From: Pseudomonadota bacterium
GTDB lineage: Bacteria > Bdellovibrionota_B > Oligoflexia > Oligoflexales > CAIYRB01
Length of the DNA stretch: 23,674 nt
Assembly (NCBI GenBank): GCA_031416315.1
Contig: JANOTL010000173.1
Coordinates: 1 to 23,674, forward strand
Direction of reading: 5' to 3'
Of the stretch, positions 1 through 12,550 are shown piece by piece; position 1 is the first letter of the stretch, and each line of letters opens with the position of its first letter. The position numbers and the translations under genes were made by a program. The notes beneath the pieces are model-generated. The model did no database searches. It saw only the letters and a list, made by a program, of their open reading frames with translations, and was not told the DNA's origin.

Positions 1-994
1 CCAGTTCGAAGAGCACGTAATGATAGGAACGCCCGCTCAGCTCGCTCAGGCAAGCCGCTCCGCGCGACTGCAGGCACCCCGGAGGCACGAGCGTCGACAG
101 CCCTAGGCTCCCGAGAGGCAGGTAGAACACCACCGCCTGCCACCCGAGATAGACCGCCAAAAACCCGAGAAATTTGCTCCCCGCGAGCCGCGACTCCCCG
201 AGCCGCCCCGCCTTCCCCGAGGCCAAGGCGCGCCGCGCCTCGTTCCGCTCGATGAAGGCCATCGCCGCCACGAAAGGCGCGACCGCCGCGAGCAGGTACA
301 CGGCCCAGGCGCCGGCGTCCGGGATCCCGTCGACGCCGCCGAGCTGGATCGCTTGATAGATCTTGTAGGTCAGCGGATAAGCCTTCGCCGGCGCCCCGAT
401 CCACGCGGGAATGGCGAAGGCCGAGGCGTTCAACGAGAAACACAACGCGAAGGCGCCGAAGAGGCTCGGCATGAGGAGCGGCAGCTCGATCCGCCGCGCG
501 ACTGTGAGACTCGACGCTCCGGACAAGCGCGCCGCCTCGCGCAGGGCCGGGTCGATCCGCGCGAGCTTCGCCTCCAAAGTCAGGAAGGCGACCGGCGCAT
601 GCGCAACCGCGAACGCGAGCGTCATCCCCGCCACGCCATAAAGCTCGAACGGCAAGGGCAGCCACCCGTTCGCGAGCCCGGTCGTCGGGTTCCAGGTGAC
701 GACGTAGGCCGAGGCGAGGACGAAGTTCGGCACGAGGTATGGCAAGAGGCCGCACAGCCGCAAGAGCCTTTTCGCCGGGAAATCCAGCACCGCGAAGACC
801 CGGGCAGCCAAGAAGCCGAGCACCGTCGAGAAGGCCGCGCCGAGGCCGGAGCTCAGCGCGGTGACCCACAGAACCTTCGGAAAATTGGCGCCGCCGGCAA
901 CTTCCACGAGGCGCGCGACGTCGACCTCCGCGAACAGGAGGCCGACCGGAGCTAAGAAGAGGACCGCGATCAGAAGCGGTAGGATGGAGCTCAA
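1..994 (-). CDS. ABC transporter permease, Fe3+/thiamine (FbpB/ThiP-like) family; runs off the window at its 3' end
   Basis: Not in the ORF track. Translated by hand from a TTG at 994, just downstream of the SBP stop: MSSILPLLIAVLFLAPVGLLF... It has several hydrophobic segments, 'LPYLVPNFVLA', the EAA loop 'IDPALREAARLSGAS' and 'FAIPAWIG'. The frame is open to position 1. Confidence 0.88.
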   Translation of the reverse strand, partial: MSSILPLLIAVLFLAPVGLLFAEVDVARLVEVAGGANFPKVLWVTALSSGLGAAFSTVLGFLAARVFAVLDFPAKRLLRLCGLLPYLVPNFVLASAYVVTWNPTTGLANGWLPLPFELYGVAGMTLAFAVAHAPVAFLTLEAKLARIDPALREAARLSGASSLTVARRIELPLLMPSLFGAFALCFSLNASAFAIPAWIGAPAKAYPLTYKIYQAIQLGGVDGIPDAGAWAVYLLAAVAPFVAAMAFIERNEARRALASGKAGRLGESRLAGSKFLGFLAVYLGWQAVVFYLPLGSLGLSTLVPPGCLQSRGAACLSELSGRSYHYVLFEL

Positions 995-998
995 CGGC

Positions 999-1958
999 TC
1001 ACTCGAGGATCAAGGCTGCGAACTTCTTCTTGATGTCCTTCGCGCCTTTGCCGACCTCCGAGAAGAGCTCTTGAGTCCAAGGCGTCGACTTCGCCGTCAC
1101 CTCGGCGAGCGGCTTAGCCCCCGCCGGCTGCGGCGCCGTCTTCGACACGGGGTACATGTAGCCGTCGACGAGGAGCTTCTGACCCTCGTCGGAGAGGATG
1201 AAGTCGGCGAACTTCGCGGCGCCGTCGTGGTTCTTGCCGTCCTTCATGATCACTTGCACGCTGGGCACGGGGATCGAGCCGTCCTCGGGGTAGATCACCT
1301 CGATCGGACTGCCGCGCTTTTGTGCCGCGAGCGCGTTCTCGAGGAGAACGATCCCGAGCTTTTTCTCGCCCGATTCGACCTTTTGGATGACGACGGAGTT
1401 GCCGCCGCTCGAGGCGAGGGCGTTGGCCTTCATCTTCTCGAAATACTCCCAGCCGAACTTGCGGCTGAGGTAGGCGACGGTCGAGAACGTGGTGCCCGAC
1501 TCGAGCGGGCTGCCGGCCTGGATCAAGCCTTTGAACTCGGGTTTCTGTAGGTCGGCGAAGCTCTTCGGCCGTTTCGCGGCCGGAACGTCCTTGTGCGCGA
1601 TGAGAACCATCAGCGAGTAGTAATTCGTCTCGACCGCCTCGTGGCCCGGGCGTTCGAAGGCGAGTCCGCGAGACTTCAGCTCGACGCTGTAAAAGGGGTC
1701 CGAGGTGAGGAGGATGTCGGCCTGCGGCTTCTTCGCCAGGAGCTCGGCCTCGACCTTGGCCTGGATCTTCTCGGAGCCGGCCTGAAAGACCTGCACGTCG
1801 AGGTCGGGGTACTTTTTCTCGAAGGCCGCCTCGATGGGGCCGATGAATTCCTTGTAGATCGACGTGTAGACCCAGACCTCGCTCTTGGCCGAAGCGCGGC
1901 CCGCGGCACCGAGGCCAAGAATCAGGGCGAGACTGAAAAGACCGATGACGTGACGCAT
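999..1958 (-). CDS. ABC transporter periplasmic substrate-binding protein (Fe3+/thiamine/aminoethylphosphonate cluster)
   Basis: The likely start is ATG at 1958 (MRHVIGLFSLALILGLGAAGRASA, a signal peptide) with GGAGAG upstream. The track's 2516 start overlaps the exonuclease gene. Motifs: VYTS, 'P..SGT', 'SGGNSVVIQKVESGE', 'VIYPEDG', 'AKFADFILSDEGQ'. The substrate cannot be determined. Confidence 0.9.
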   Translation of the reverse strand: MRHVIGLFSLALILGLGAAGRASAKSEVWVYTSIYKEFIGPIEAAFEKKYPDLDVQVFQAGSEKIQAKVEAELLAKKPQADILLTSDPFYSVELKSRGLAFERPGHEAVETNYYSLMVLIAHKDVPAAKRPKSFADLQKPEFKGLIQAGSPLESGTTFSTVAYLSRKFGWEYFEKMKANALASSGGNSVVIQKVESGEKKLGIVLLENALAAQKRGSPIEVIYPEDGSIPVPSVQVIMKDGKNHDGAAKFADFILSDEGQKLLVDGYMYPVSKTAPQPAGAKPLAEVTAKSTPWTQELFSEVGKGAKDIKKKFAALILE

Positions 1959-2117
1959 GAGTGGCTCTCCCGAGGCTTGAGTGTCATGACCCTGCCTACA
2001 CGACCGCACCGGCCGGCGCACGGAAAGACTTGGTAAAGAGACCTCGGGAACCCACCGGTTTGCAAGGCCAAAAGGACGCTGTGCCCCAACCCGAAGCTGA
2101 GGTACAAAAGGACCCTT

Positions 2118-2804
2118 ATGCAGCTTGGCTATTCGATGTTCCAAGATGTCCTCTTCCCGCCGGCGGAGGCTGCGCGCGCCGCAGCCGGCGCCGAGCTCCT
2201 GACTTTGCGCCGGCTGAAGCGCTTCGTCCCGGAGCTCATGCTGCCCGTGCGCACGGCGCCCGTCGTCGTCTTCGACCTGGAGACGACGGGCCTCGACTTC
2301 ACCGTCGACCGCATCATCGAGATCGGCGCGCAGCGCTACGTCGGGGACGAGCTCATCGATACGTTCGAGTCCTTCGTCGCCACCGACGTCGAGCTCTCGG
2401 AGGACATTCAGAAGCTCACGGGAATCAAGCCCGAGATGCTCGTGGGCGCGCCCGAGATCGAGACGGTTTTGCCGAAGTTCCTCGAATTCATCGGCGGCGC
2501 CATCCTCGTCGCGCACAACGCCGAGTTCGACCTCGGCATGATCGCGGCCGCCGGCTCACGCCAGGGGATCGAGCTGGAGTGGCCTTGTTTCTGCACCCTG
2601 AAGATGGCGCGCGAGCTCCTGCCCCAGCTCGAGAACAAGAAGCTCGACACGCTGGCGAAATACTACGAGCTCACGTTCGAGTCGCGTCACCGCGCCATCG
2701 GCGACATCAAGGTCACCGCCGGCGTTCTGCGCGGCCTTTTAGCGCGTGAAGCCAAGAAGCTCCATACCTGGGCGGATTTCGCCCCTTACACCGTCAGCAT
2801 CTGA
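2118..2804 (+). CDS. Stand-alone DEDDh 3'-5' exonuclease (DnaQ/PolC exonuclease-domain family)
   Basis: ExoI 'VFDLETTG', ExoII 'VAHNAEFD', ExoIII 'HRAIGD'. The start could instead be the ATG at 2136. Confidence 0.92.
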   Translation: MQLGYSMFQDVLFPPAEAARAAAGAELLTLRRLKRFVPELMLPVRTAPVVVFDLETTGLDFTVDRIIEIGAQRYVGDELIDTFESFVATDVELSEDIQKLTGIKPEMLVGAPEIETVLPKFLEFIGGAILVAHNAEFDLGMIAAAGSRQGIELEWPCFCTLKMARELLPQLENKKLDTLAKYYELTFESRHRAIGDIKVTAGVLRGLLAREAKKLHTWADFAPYTVSI

Positions 2805-2809
2805 GTCCC

Positions 2810-4414
<1,605 letters not shown>

Positions 4415-4416
4415 CC

Positions 4417-6234
4417 ATGCGCAAAGAAGTTCTTCGAATCGGCAACGCCAGCGGCTATTGGGGCGACGACCCTCGCGCGCTCTATCGCCAGGTCATGGGC
4501 GGCCGCCTCGACTACATCTCCATGGACTTCCTGGCCGAAGTCACCATGTCGATCATGCAGAAGCAAAAGAGCCGGGACCCCGACCAGGGCTACGCCAAGG
4601 ACTTCCTGCCGATGCTCGAGAGCGTCTTGCCGACGCTCCTGAAGAACAAGACCAAAATCATCACCAACGCCGGCGGCGTCAACCCCGAGGCCTGCGCCGC
4701 GGCGATCGAGGCCCTGGCGCAAAAGCTCGGCGTGCGCGTCAAGATCGCCGTCGTCTACGGCGACGACATCCTCGGGAAGATCGCCGAGCTGCGCGCCAAG
4801 GGCGTGAAGTTCGACAACATGGAGACCGGAGCCGACTACGGCGCCATCGACGGCCGCCTCGAGGCCGCGAACATCTACTTCGGGGCCGCCCCGGTCGTCG
4901 ACGCCCTCAAGGGCGATCCGGACATCGTCATCACCGGCCGCGTCACCGACACGGGCATCACCGTGGGCGCGATGGTGCACGAGTTCGGCTGGAGCCTCCG
5001 CGACTGGGACAAGCTCGCCTACGGCATCGTCGCCGGCCACATCATCGAGTGCGGCAGCCAAGCTTGCGGCGGCAACTTCACCGACTGGCATCTGGTGAAA
5101 TCCTACAAGGACATCGGCTATCCGATCGTCGAGGTGAGCCCGGACGGCAGCTTCGTCGTCACGAAGCACCCCGGCTCGGGCGGCCTCGTCTCCGTCGACA
5201 CGGTCCGCGAGCAGCTCTTCTACGAGATGGGGAACCCCAAAGCCTACATCACGCCCGACGTGGTCGCGGATTTCTCGACGATCCAGCTCGCGGCCGAAGG
5301 CCCCGACCGCGTGAAGATCACCGGCGTGAAAGGCCACGAGCCGACGCCGCTTTACAAGGTCTCGATGGCCTATGCCGACGGCTTCAAATCGGTGGGCGAG
5401 ATCGCCATCTGCGGCCCGAACGCGAAGAAGAAGGCGCAAGCCTTCGCCGACATCTTCTGGGAGCGCGCGGGCAAAGGCTTCGCCGCGACCGAGACCGAGC
5501 TCTTCGGCTTCGACGCCTTCCATCGCACGATGACGCAGGCCGAGGAAGGCAACGAGGTCGTCTTGCGCATGGGCGCGCGCGACGCCGACAAAGAGAAGCT
5601 GAAACGGTTCGGGAAGCACGTCCCGGCCGTGATCCTCGGCGGCCCTCCGGGCGTCACCGTGCTCGGCGGCGTGCCCGTCATTCGCGAGATCGTCAGCTAC
5701 TGGCCGGCGCTCATGACGAAAAGGGCCATCCAGCCGAAGGTCGCGACCTTCGAGGGCGGCGTCTTCGTCGACGAGCGCACCAACGAGACGACGGAGACCG
5801 GCAACTACGTCGCCACCGAGGCTGAAGCGCAAATCGCGGAGAAAGCGGCGCGTGCCGTGGGCGACGCCGTCTCGGAGGCGACTCGCGGCACCCCGCTTAT
5901 GCAGATCGCGTTGGCCCGCTCGGGCGACAAGGGCGACACCGCCAACATCGGCGTGATGGCGCGCAGCCGCAAAGCTTTCGATTACCTCGACCGCTATCTG
6001 ACGGCACAGCGCGTCAAGGACCTCTTCCAAGAGCTTTGCCACGGGCGCGTCGTCCGCTACAAAGTCGAGAACATGCTCGGCTTCAACTTCCTCCTCGAGA
6101 GCTCCCTCGGCGGCGGCGGCACCATGTCGATGCGCGCCGACGCGCAAGGCAAGACCTTCGCGCAGGGGCTCCTCCGCCAGAAGGCCGAAATCCCGGCCGA
6201 CGTGCTCGAGTCCTGCAAGGGAGCCGCGCCGTGA
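4417..6234 (+). CDS. atuA: Acyclic terpene utilization AtuA family protein (DUF1446 plus C-terminal AtuA domain)
   Basis: 'RIGNASGYWGD', 'DFLAEVTM', 'GRVTD', 'AGHIIECGSQACGGNF', 'EQLFYE...YITPDV', and C-terminal 'ARSGDKGD' and 'DAQGK'. Start is ATG 4417 or GTG 4411. Confidence 0.92.
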   Translation: MRKEVLRIGNASGYWGDDPRALYRQVMGGRLDYISMDFLAEVTMSIMQKQKSRDPDQGYAKDFLPMLESVLPTLLKNKTKIITNAGGVNPEACAAAIEALAQKLGVRVKIAVVYGDDILGKIAELRAKGVKFDNMETGADYGAIDGRLEAANIYFGAAPVVDALKGDPDIVITGRVTDTGITVGAMVHEFGWSLRDWDKLAYGIVAGHIIECGSQACGGNFTDWHLVKSYKDIGYPIVEVSPDGSFVVTKHPGSGGLVSVDTVREQLFYEMGNPKAYITPDVVADFSTIQLAAEGPDRVKITGVKGHEPTPLYKVSMAYADGFKSVGEIAICGPNAKKKAQAFADIFWERAGKGFAATETELFGFDAFHRTMTQAEEGNEVVLRMGARDADKEKLKRFGKHVPAVILGGPPGVTVLGGVPVIREIVSYWPALMTKRAIQPKVATFEGGVFVDERTNETTETGNYVATEAEAQIAEKAARAVGDAVSEATRGTPLMQIALARSGDKGDTANIGVMARSRKAFDYLDRYLTAQRVKDLFQELCHGRVVRYKVENMLGFNFLLESSLGGGGTMSMRADAQGKTFAQGLLRQKAEIPADVLESCKGAAP

Positions 6235-7033
6235 CGGCGTCGGCGACCTCGCTCTCTTTCGTCACCGTCTCTTCTGGGCAAGACGACCGCGTCGCATTCC
6301 TGTCGCTCGCGCGGCCGGACTCTGCCAACGCGTTCAACGACGCCGTGATCAAAGAGCTGGTGGCGCACCTCGAAGGCCTGAGAAAGGCGCCCAAGCTGCG
6401 CGCCGTGGTCCTTCGCGGCGAGGGCAAGCACTTCTCCGCCGGCGCCGACTTGAGCTGGATGAAGGCCTCCGCCAAGCTTTCCTACGACGAGAATTTGAGC
6501 GATGCGCGCGGCCTGATCGCGCTCTTCGAGGCCGTGGCGACCATGCCGGTGCCGACGGTCGCGGCCGTGCACGGCGCGGCGTACGGCGGCGCCGTCGGCT
6601 TGGCCGCGGCCTGCGACGTCGCCATCGCCGCGGAGTCGGCGCGCTTCTCCCTGAGCGAGGTGAAGCTCGGCCTGATGCCCGCCGTGATCTTGCCTTACCT
6701 CATGCGCAAGATGCGTGCGGGCGGCCTCAGGCGCGCGGCCCTCACCGGCCGCCCCTTTTCCGCCGCCGAGGCCCGCGAGATGGGCCTCGTCGAGCGCGTC
6801 GTCCCCGATGCGGACCTCGACCTCGCGGTCCGCGAGGAGCTCGATCTGATCCTACAAGGCTCCCCTGAAGCGCAGGCTAAACTCAAAATCCTGATGCAAG
6901 AGCTCGAGGCCGACGATCTGCGCCAGAGCCCACGCACGGCGGAGGCGATCGCGAAGCTGCGGACCGGCCCCCTCGCCCAGGCGGGACTCGCTTCGTTTTT
7001 CGAAAAGAAATCGCCTCCTTGGACCGCTAAACT

Positions 7034-7037
<4 letters not shown>
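6231..7037 (+). CDS. liuC: Enoyl-CoA hydratase, probably methylglutaconyl-CoA hydratase
   Basis: A GTG at 6231 overlaps the atuA stop (GTGA). Crotonase motifs 'FSAGADL', 'GAAYGGAVGL' and 'FSLSEVKLGL'. It lies between the two carboxylase subunits. Confidence 0.85.
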
Positions 7038-9031
<1,994 letters not shown>

Positions 9032-9050
9032 ACAAAGGGCATGGACTGAG

Positions 9051-10016
9051 ATGAGCGACCAAAACTTCCGCCGCTTCACCAAGCAATCCGGCTTCAAGGT
9101 GCTCGCGCTCGCGCGGCTGAGCCAGTGCGAATACAGCATCCTCTTCTACCTCCTTAACACTTCGGTGTCGGGGCTGGAGAACATCATCACGACCGAGACG
9201 GAGCTCGCCTCGCTCATCGGCTACGACGACGACACGCTCCGCGTCGCCCTTGGCGAGCTCGCGGGGAAGAACATCGTCCGCCTCCATTACGGCGACGTGA
9301 GCGGCCCCGACCCCGACAAATCCTCGCTGCGCATCGCGATGCAGTTCGACATGACCCGCTGGATCATGAACTACGAGCTCGAGGCGACCTCGCAGGACGC
9401 CATCGTTTTCCCGTTCCGCCGCCAGGGTCACGCCAACCTGCAAGTCTTCGACGGCCAGAAGAAAGACCGCGGCGCGGCCCTGAAGAAGATCGTCGGCGAG
9501 GACCAGACGACCTGGCAGCGCGTCATCGACTCTTTTGTGACGGGCAGGAGCCTGGACGACGAGGAGGTCGATCAGGTCGCGGGCGCGGCGCACGTTCTCG
9601 TGGAGACGCATCCGGTCGACCAGGTCCTGCTCATGATCCGGCACTTCGGCATGCGCATCCCGACCTTGTCGCTGCTCGCCTCGAGCTGGCAGCACTATCA
9701 GGAGATCTTCGAGTCGGAGACGCAGAAGGTCGACATGCTCGGCGCGCGCCAGAAGCATCAGGAGCTCGATCAGAAGCTTCGGGAACAGGCCGGGGCGCTG
9801 CTGGAATCGGGCGCCAATGGCAAAGAGCTGACCGAGGAAGAGAAGACGGTGCTGCAGATTTTGAAGAAGCACCGGCATCCGCGGCGTCAGCTTTTCTGGG
9901 CTTATCAGCTGCGGAGTCGGTATGCGAATCTTTCGGGATTTTTCGCGGACAACGTCGGGTTGATGCTGCCGGTGACTACGGCTGGGACGGTGGTGCGGAG
10001 GCCTTCGGATAGTTGA
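9051..10016 (+). CDS. Hypothetical protein with N-terminal winged-helix domain (lambda O / DnaD-N-like) and helical C-terminus
   Basis: Clean 321-aa ORF with normal codon use over most of its length. 'LSQCEYSILFYLL...TETELASLIGY...LRVALGELAGKNIV' follows the wHTH pattern. The family assignment is inference. Confidence 0.75.
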   Translation: MSDQNFRRFTKQSGFKVLALARLSQCEYSILFYLLNTSVSGLENIITTETELASLIGYDDDTLRVALGELAGKNIVRLHYGDVSGPDPDKSSLRIAMQFDMTRWIMNYELEATSQDAIVFPFRRQGHANLQVFDGQKKDRGAALKKIVGEDQTTWQRVIDSFVTGRSLDDEEVDQVAGAAHVLVETHPVDQVLLMIRHFGMRIPTLSLLASSWQHYQEIFESETQKVDMLGARQKHQELDQKLREQAGALLESGANGKELTEEEKTVLQILKKHRHPRRQLFWAYQLRSRYANLSGFFADNVGLMLPVTTAGTVVRRPSDS

Positions 10017-10031
10017 GCGGTCTTCGGAAAC

Positions 10032-11693
10032 CTACCCCCGCTTCAACCTCGCAAACCTCGCATCCTCGGCCCCCACTCCACCACGCGCATCGATCCCCGT
10101 CTTGTCTTCGAGGAACTGCGCCACCCCCATCTGCACGTCGCCGACGCTCGGGATCGCCGCCGCGCCGTCCAAGCGGGTGCCGCCTTTGGCGCGGATGCCG
10201 TCGCCGGAGTTCCAGGCAAGCTGCGCATTCTCCGCCGCAAGATCGCGGACGACGCCGTCGGGCTTGTCGAGCTCGGTGAGGTTGGCGTTCAAGGCGTCGG
10301 CGAGGTTGCCGGCGCCGCCGGGGCCCATGACCATCGCGAAGGACGACTTCGAGTCCTCCATCGCGGCGCCGCGGCCGCCTTCGGAGACGACGCAAACGAC
10401 GAGCTTCTCGCCTTGGGCGATGCGGCGGCCGAGGATGTTCAGGCCGACGGCGAGCTGGCGCATGCCTTCGACGTAGCTGAAAGCGTGGATGCCGCCGGCG
10501 TCCTGACCCGGATTCGGGTTATTGGCGACCGCGTCGAGATCCTTGCCGTCGAGGTCGTTGATGTTGAGGAAGAGCGAGAAATTGCGCAGCGGCTTGCCCG
10601 GTAGGGCCAGGCATTCGTTCACGTACAGGCATTGCGCGACGAACTCGTGGCTCGCGCCCTTGCCGGCGACGCTCGACTGGCCGTTGCCGCGCGCCGCGTC
10701 GAAGACCTGACGCTCGCTCTCGAGGGCGGCGACCGTATCGAAGCGGCCGAGCGCGGCTTTGAAGGCCTCGACGCTGGACAGGAGCTCGCGGCGGAGCTTC
10801 GGGTCGCCTTCGACGATGCGGTCAAAGCGGGCCGCGAGATTCTGCGCCAAGGGGTCGCGGCTCACGTAGCTGCGGCTGACGAACTGGCGCAGCTGATTCA
10901 CGTAATCTTCGATGCGGCGGCTCGGCACGGCAATCGCCTCGCCATCCTGCGCGGCCAGCACGGCGTTGACCGAGAGCTGGCCCTCGGCGCGGTCGTACTC
11001 GCCCCCCATCATCAGCGCGCTGATGCCGAGCGGGCTGGCGACGAGCCCCTTTTCTTCGCAGAAAAGCGCCAGATCCGGCAGAGTTTGGCGGATCTTCAGG
11101 CCCTTTAGCGCGTGGTTCTGGCCCGCGATCTGCTTCAAGCCGAGGAAGGTCTGAAGCGCGACCGTGCCCTCGGGCAGCTCGCCGATGCTCGCGTCCGTGC
11201 CAGAGTAGACGTTACCCGTCGCCTTCGCCAAGCCGTCCTTGGTGCCGAAATGCAGGAGGTCCGCGAACCATTTGTTCAGGCGAAGGGCGGCGTAGCGACC
11301 GCGGTCGCTTGGACGGTCGACGCCGGCTGCGGCGAGCATGGCCTGCGCGGCGCCGGCGCGGGTCGAGCCGCGCACGATGCCCGAGGCGAGCTGCGTCTGG
11401 CCGTCCACGATCTTTCCGGGCGCGAAGACGAGGGGCGTGAAGACGTGATTCAGGACTTTGATCGTGACGAGCGCGTACTCGCTACCTTCCGCGGCTTCCG
11501 CGCGCGGCTCCCAAAGGAGGCCTTGGCTTCGCGCCAGCGCCACGCTCCACGGCGCTCGGGCGAGCTCGGCCATGCGCACGTAGGCGTCGAAGGACTTCTC
11601 CGGGAAGAGGCCGGGAATCCGGGGCATGCCCGCGAACGCGAGCGCACCGATGCCGCCCTTCAGTCCCGTCGTCAGGAGCTTGCGCCGATCCAT
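10032..11693 (-). CDS. Tat-exported protein, divergent DUF1501-like
   Basis: Twin-arginine start 'MDRRKLL', with GAGG upstream. C-terminal 'LVVCVVSEGGR' resembles the DUF1501 'V.V.SEFGR' motif and is followed by 'MVMGPGG'. Confidence 0.7.
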   Translation of the reverse strand: MDRRKLLTTGLKGGIGALAFAGMPRIPGLFPEKSFDAYVRMAELARAPWSVALARSQGLLWEPRAEAAEGSEYALVTIKVLNHVFTPLVFAPGKIVDGQTQLASGIVRGSTRAGAAQAMLAAAGVDRPSDRGRYAALRLNKWFADLLHFGTKDGLAKATGNVYSGTDASIGELPEGTVALQTFLGLKQIAGQNHALKGLKIRQTLPDLALFCEEKGLVASPLGISALMMGGEYDRAEGQLSVNAVLAAQDGEAIAVPSRRIEDYVNQLRQFVSRSYVSRDPLAQNLAARFDRIVEGDPKLRRELLSSVEAFKAALGRFDTVAALESERQVFDAARGNGQSSVAGKGASHEFVAQCLYVNECLALPGKPLRNFSLFLNINDLDGKDLDAVANNPNPGQDAGGIHAFSYVEGMRQLAVGLNILGRRIAQGEKLVVCVVSEGGRGAAMEDSKSSFAMVMGPGGAGNLADALNANLTELDKPDGVVRDLAAENAQLAWNSGDGIRAKGGTRLDGAAAIPSVGDVQMGVAQFLEDKTGIDARGGVGAEDARFARLKRG

Positions 11694-11701
11694 CGATTAC
11701 C

Positions 11702-12550
11702 TCAGTTCTTGGCCGCGAAGGCATAGGAAGCGACGAGCGAGGCGATCGCCTTGCGCGCGCCGGCCGCGCCGGCAGAGCAGGTGGTCGCGAGCGCTTCGAT
11801 CGCCGCGACCATCGCCGCCTCGTCCGGCTTGAAGGCCGGCAGACAACGGCGCGCCATCTCGCGCGCGGCTTCGAGCGTGCCGCAGCTACAACTTTTGGTG
11901 CGCAGATCGCAGTTGTGCGCGACGACGTTCGCGACGTTCTCCAAGGCGCGCAGAAAGGGCGCGGAGAGGGAGTCGGCGTCGGCGGCGAAGCGCTCGGCGC
12001 GATCAGGATCGAGGAGAAAGGCGCCCTCCAGGTCGAGCACGTCGGCGCCCGCGGGAAAACGCGTCGGATTCAGGAACGCGAAGCGGCCTTCGCCGTCCGG
12101 AGGCGCCAAAGCGACGCCGCCCGCGGTCGTCAGATGCATGCTCGCGTCGACCGCGGTCAGTCCGTCGCCGACGCAGGCGTGGATGGCCGCGCGCAGCTGT
12201 CGCAAATTTTTCACGCGCAAGCGGTTGTCGAAGCCGCCAGAGGTCTTGACGATCTTCTGCGTGACCGGATCGTCTTCGATCGTCCCCGGCTCCACGACGG
12301 CAGAAGCGGCGACGCTGCCGCCTCCGCTCAAGATCGCCGAGCCTTTCTTGTCCTTCCCAGTCCCCTTCCCGCTATTCCCGGCACCTGAGCCGACCTCGAG
12401 CTCCTCGCTCCCGCTCGCCGTATTTTTCCCGGCGTCCAAGGCGTGCGCCCGGCGCGAGCCCTCGTCCGCATCCCGCCGCGGCCGGCAGCTCGCGAGCGCC
12501 ACGACCGCGATCGTCGCGCCGATCATCGCCGTCACGCTCAAGGCTCGCAT
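11702..12550 (-). CDS. Cys-rich hypothetical lipoprotein
   Basis: Lipobox 'VVALASC', a G/S/K linker, then 'VVAHNCDLRTKSCSC...RCLP...TC'. The start overlaps the upstream gene's 3' end by 13 nt. Confidence 0.8.
   Translation of the reverse strand: MRALSVTAMIGATIAVVALASCRPRRDADEGSRRAHALDAGKNTASGSEELEVGSGAGNSGKGTGKDKKGSAILSGGGSVAASAVVEPGTIEDDPVTQKIVKTSGGFDNRLRVKNLRQLRAAIHACVGDGLTAVDASMHLTTAGGVALAPPDGEGRFAFLNPTRFPAGADVLDLEGAFLLDPDRAERFAADADSLSAPFLRALENVANVVAHNCDLRTKSCSCGTLEAAREMARRCLPAFKPDEAAMVAAIEALATTCSAGAAGARKAIASLVASYAFAAKN

Noticed and set aside
1959..2117. TPP or c-di-GMP riboswitch upstream of the SBP
   Set aside because: No CUGAGA/ACCUG TPP core is present. The GCAAACC seen lacks the rest of the c-di-GMP-I pattern.
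999..2516. 505-aa version of the SBP ORF in the track
   Set aside because: The extension is antisense to the exonuclease gene. The signal peptide and RBS point to ATG 1958.
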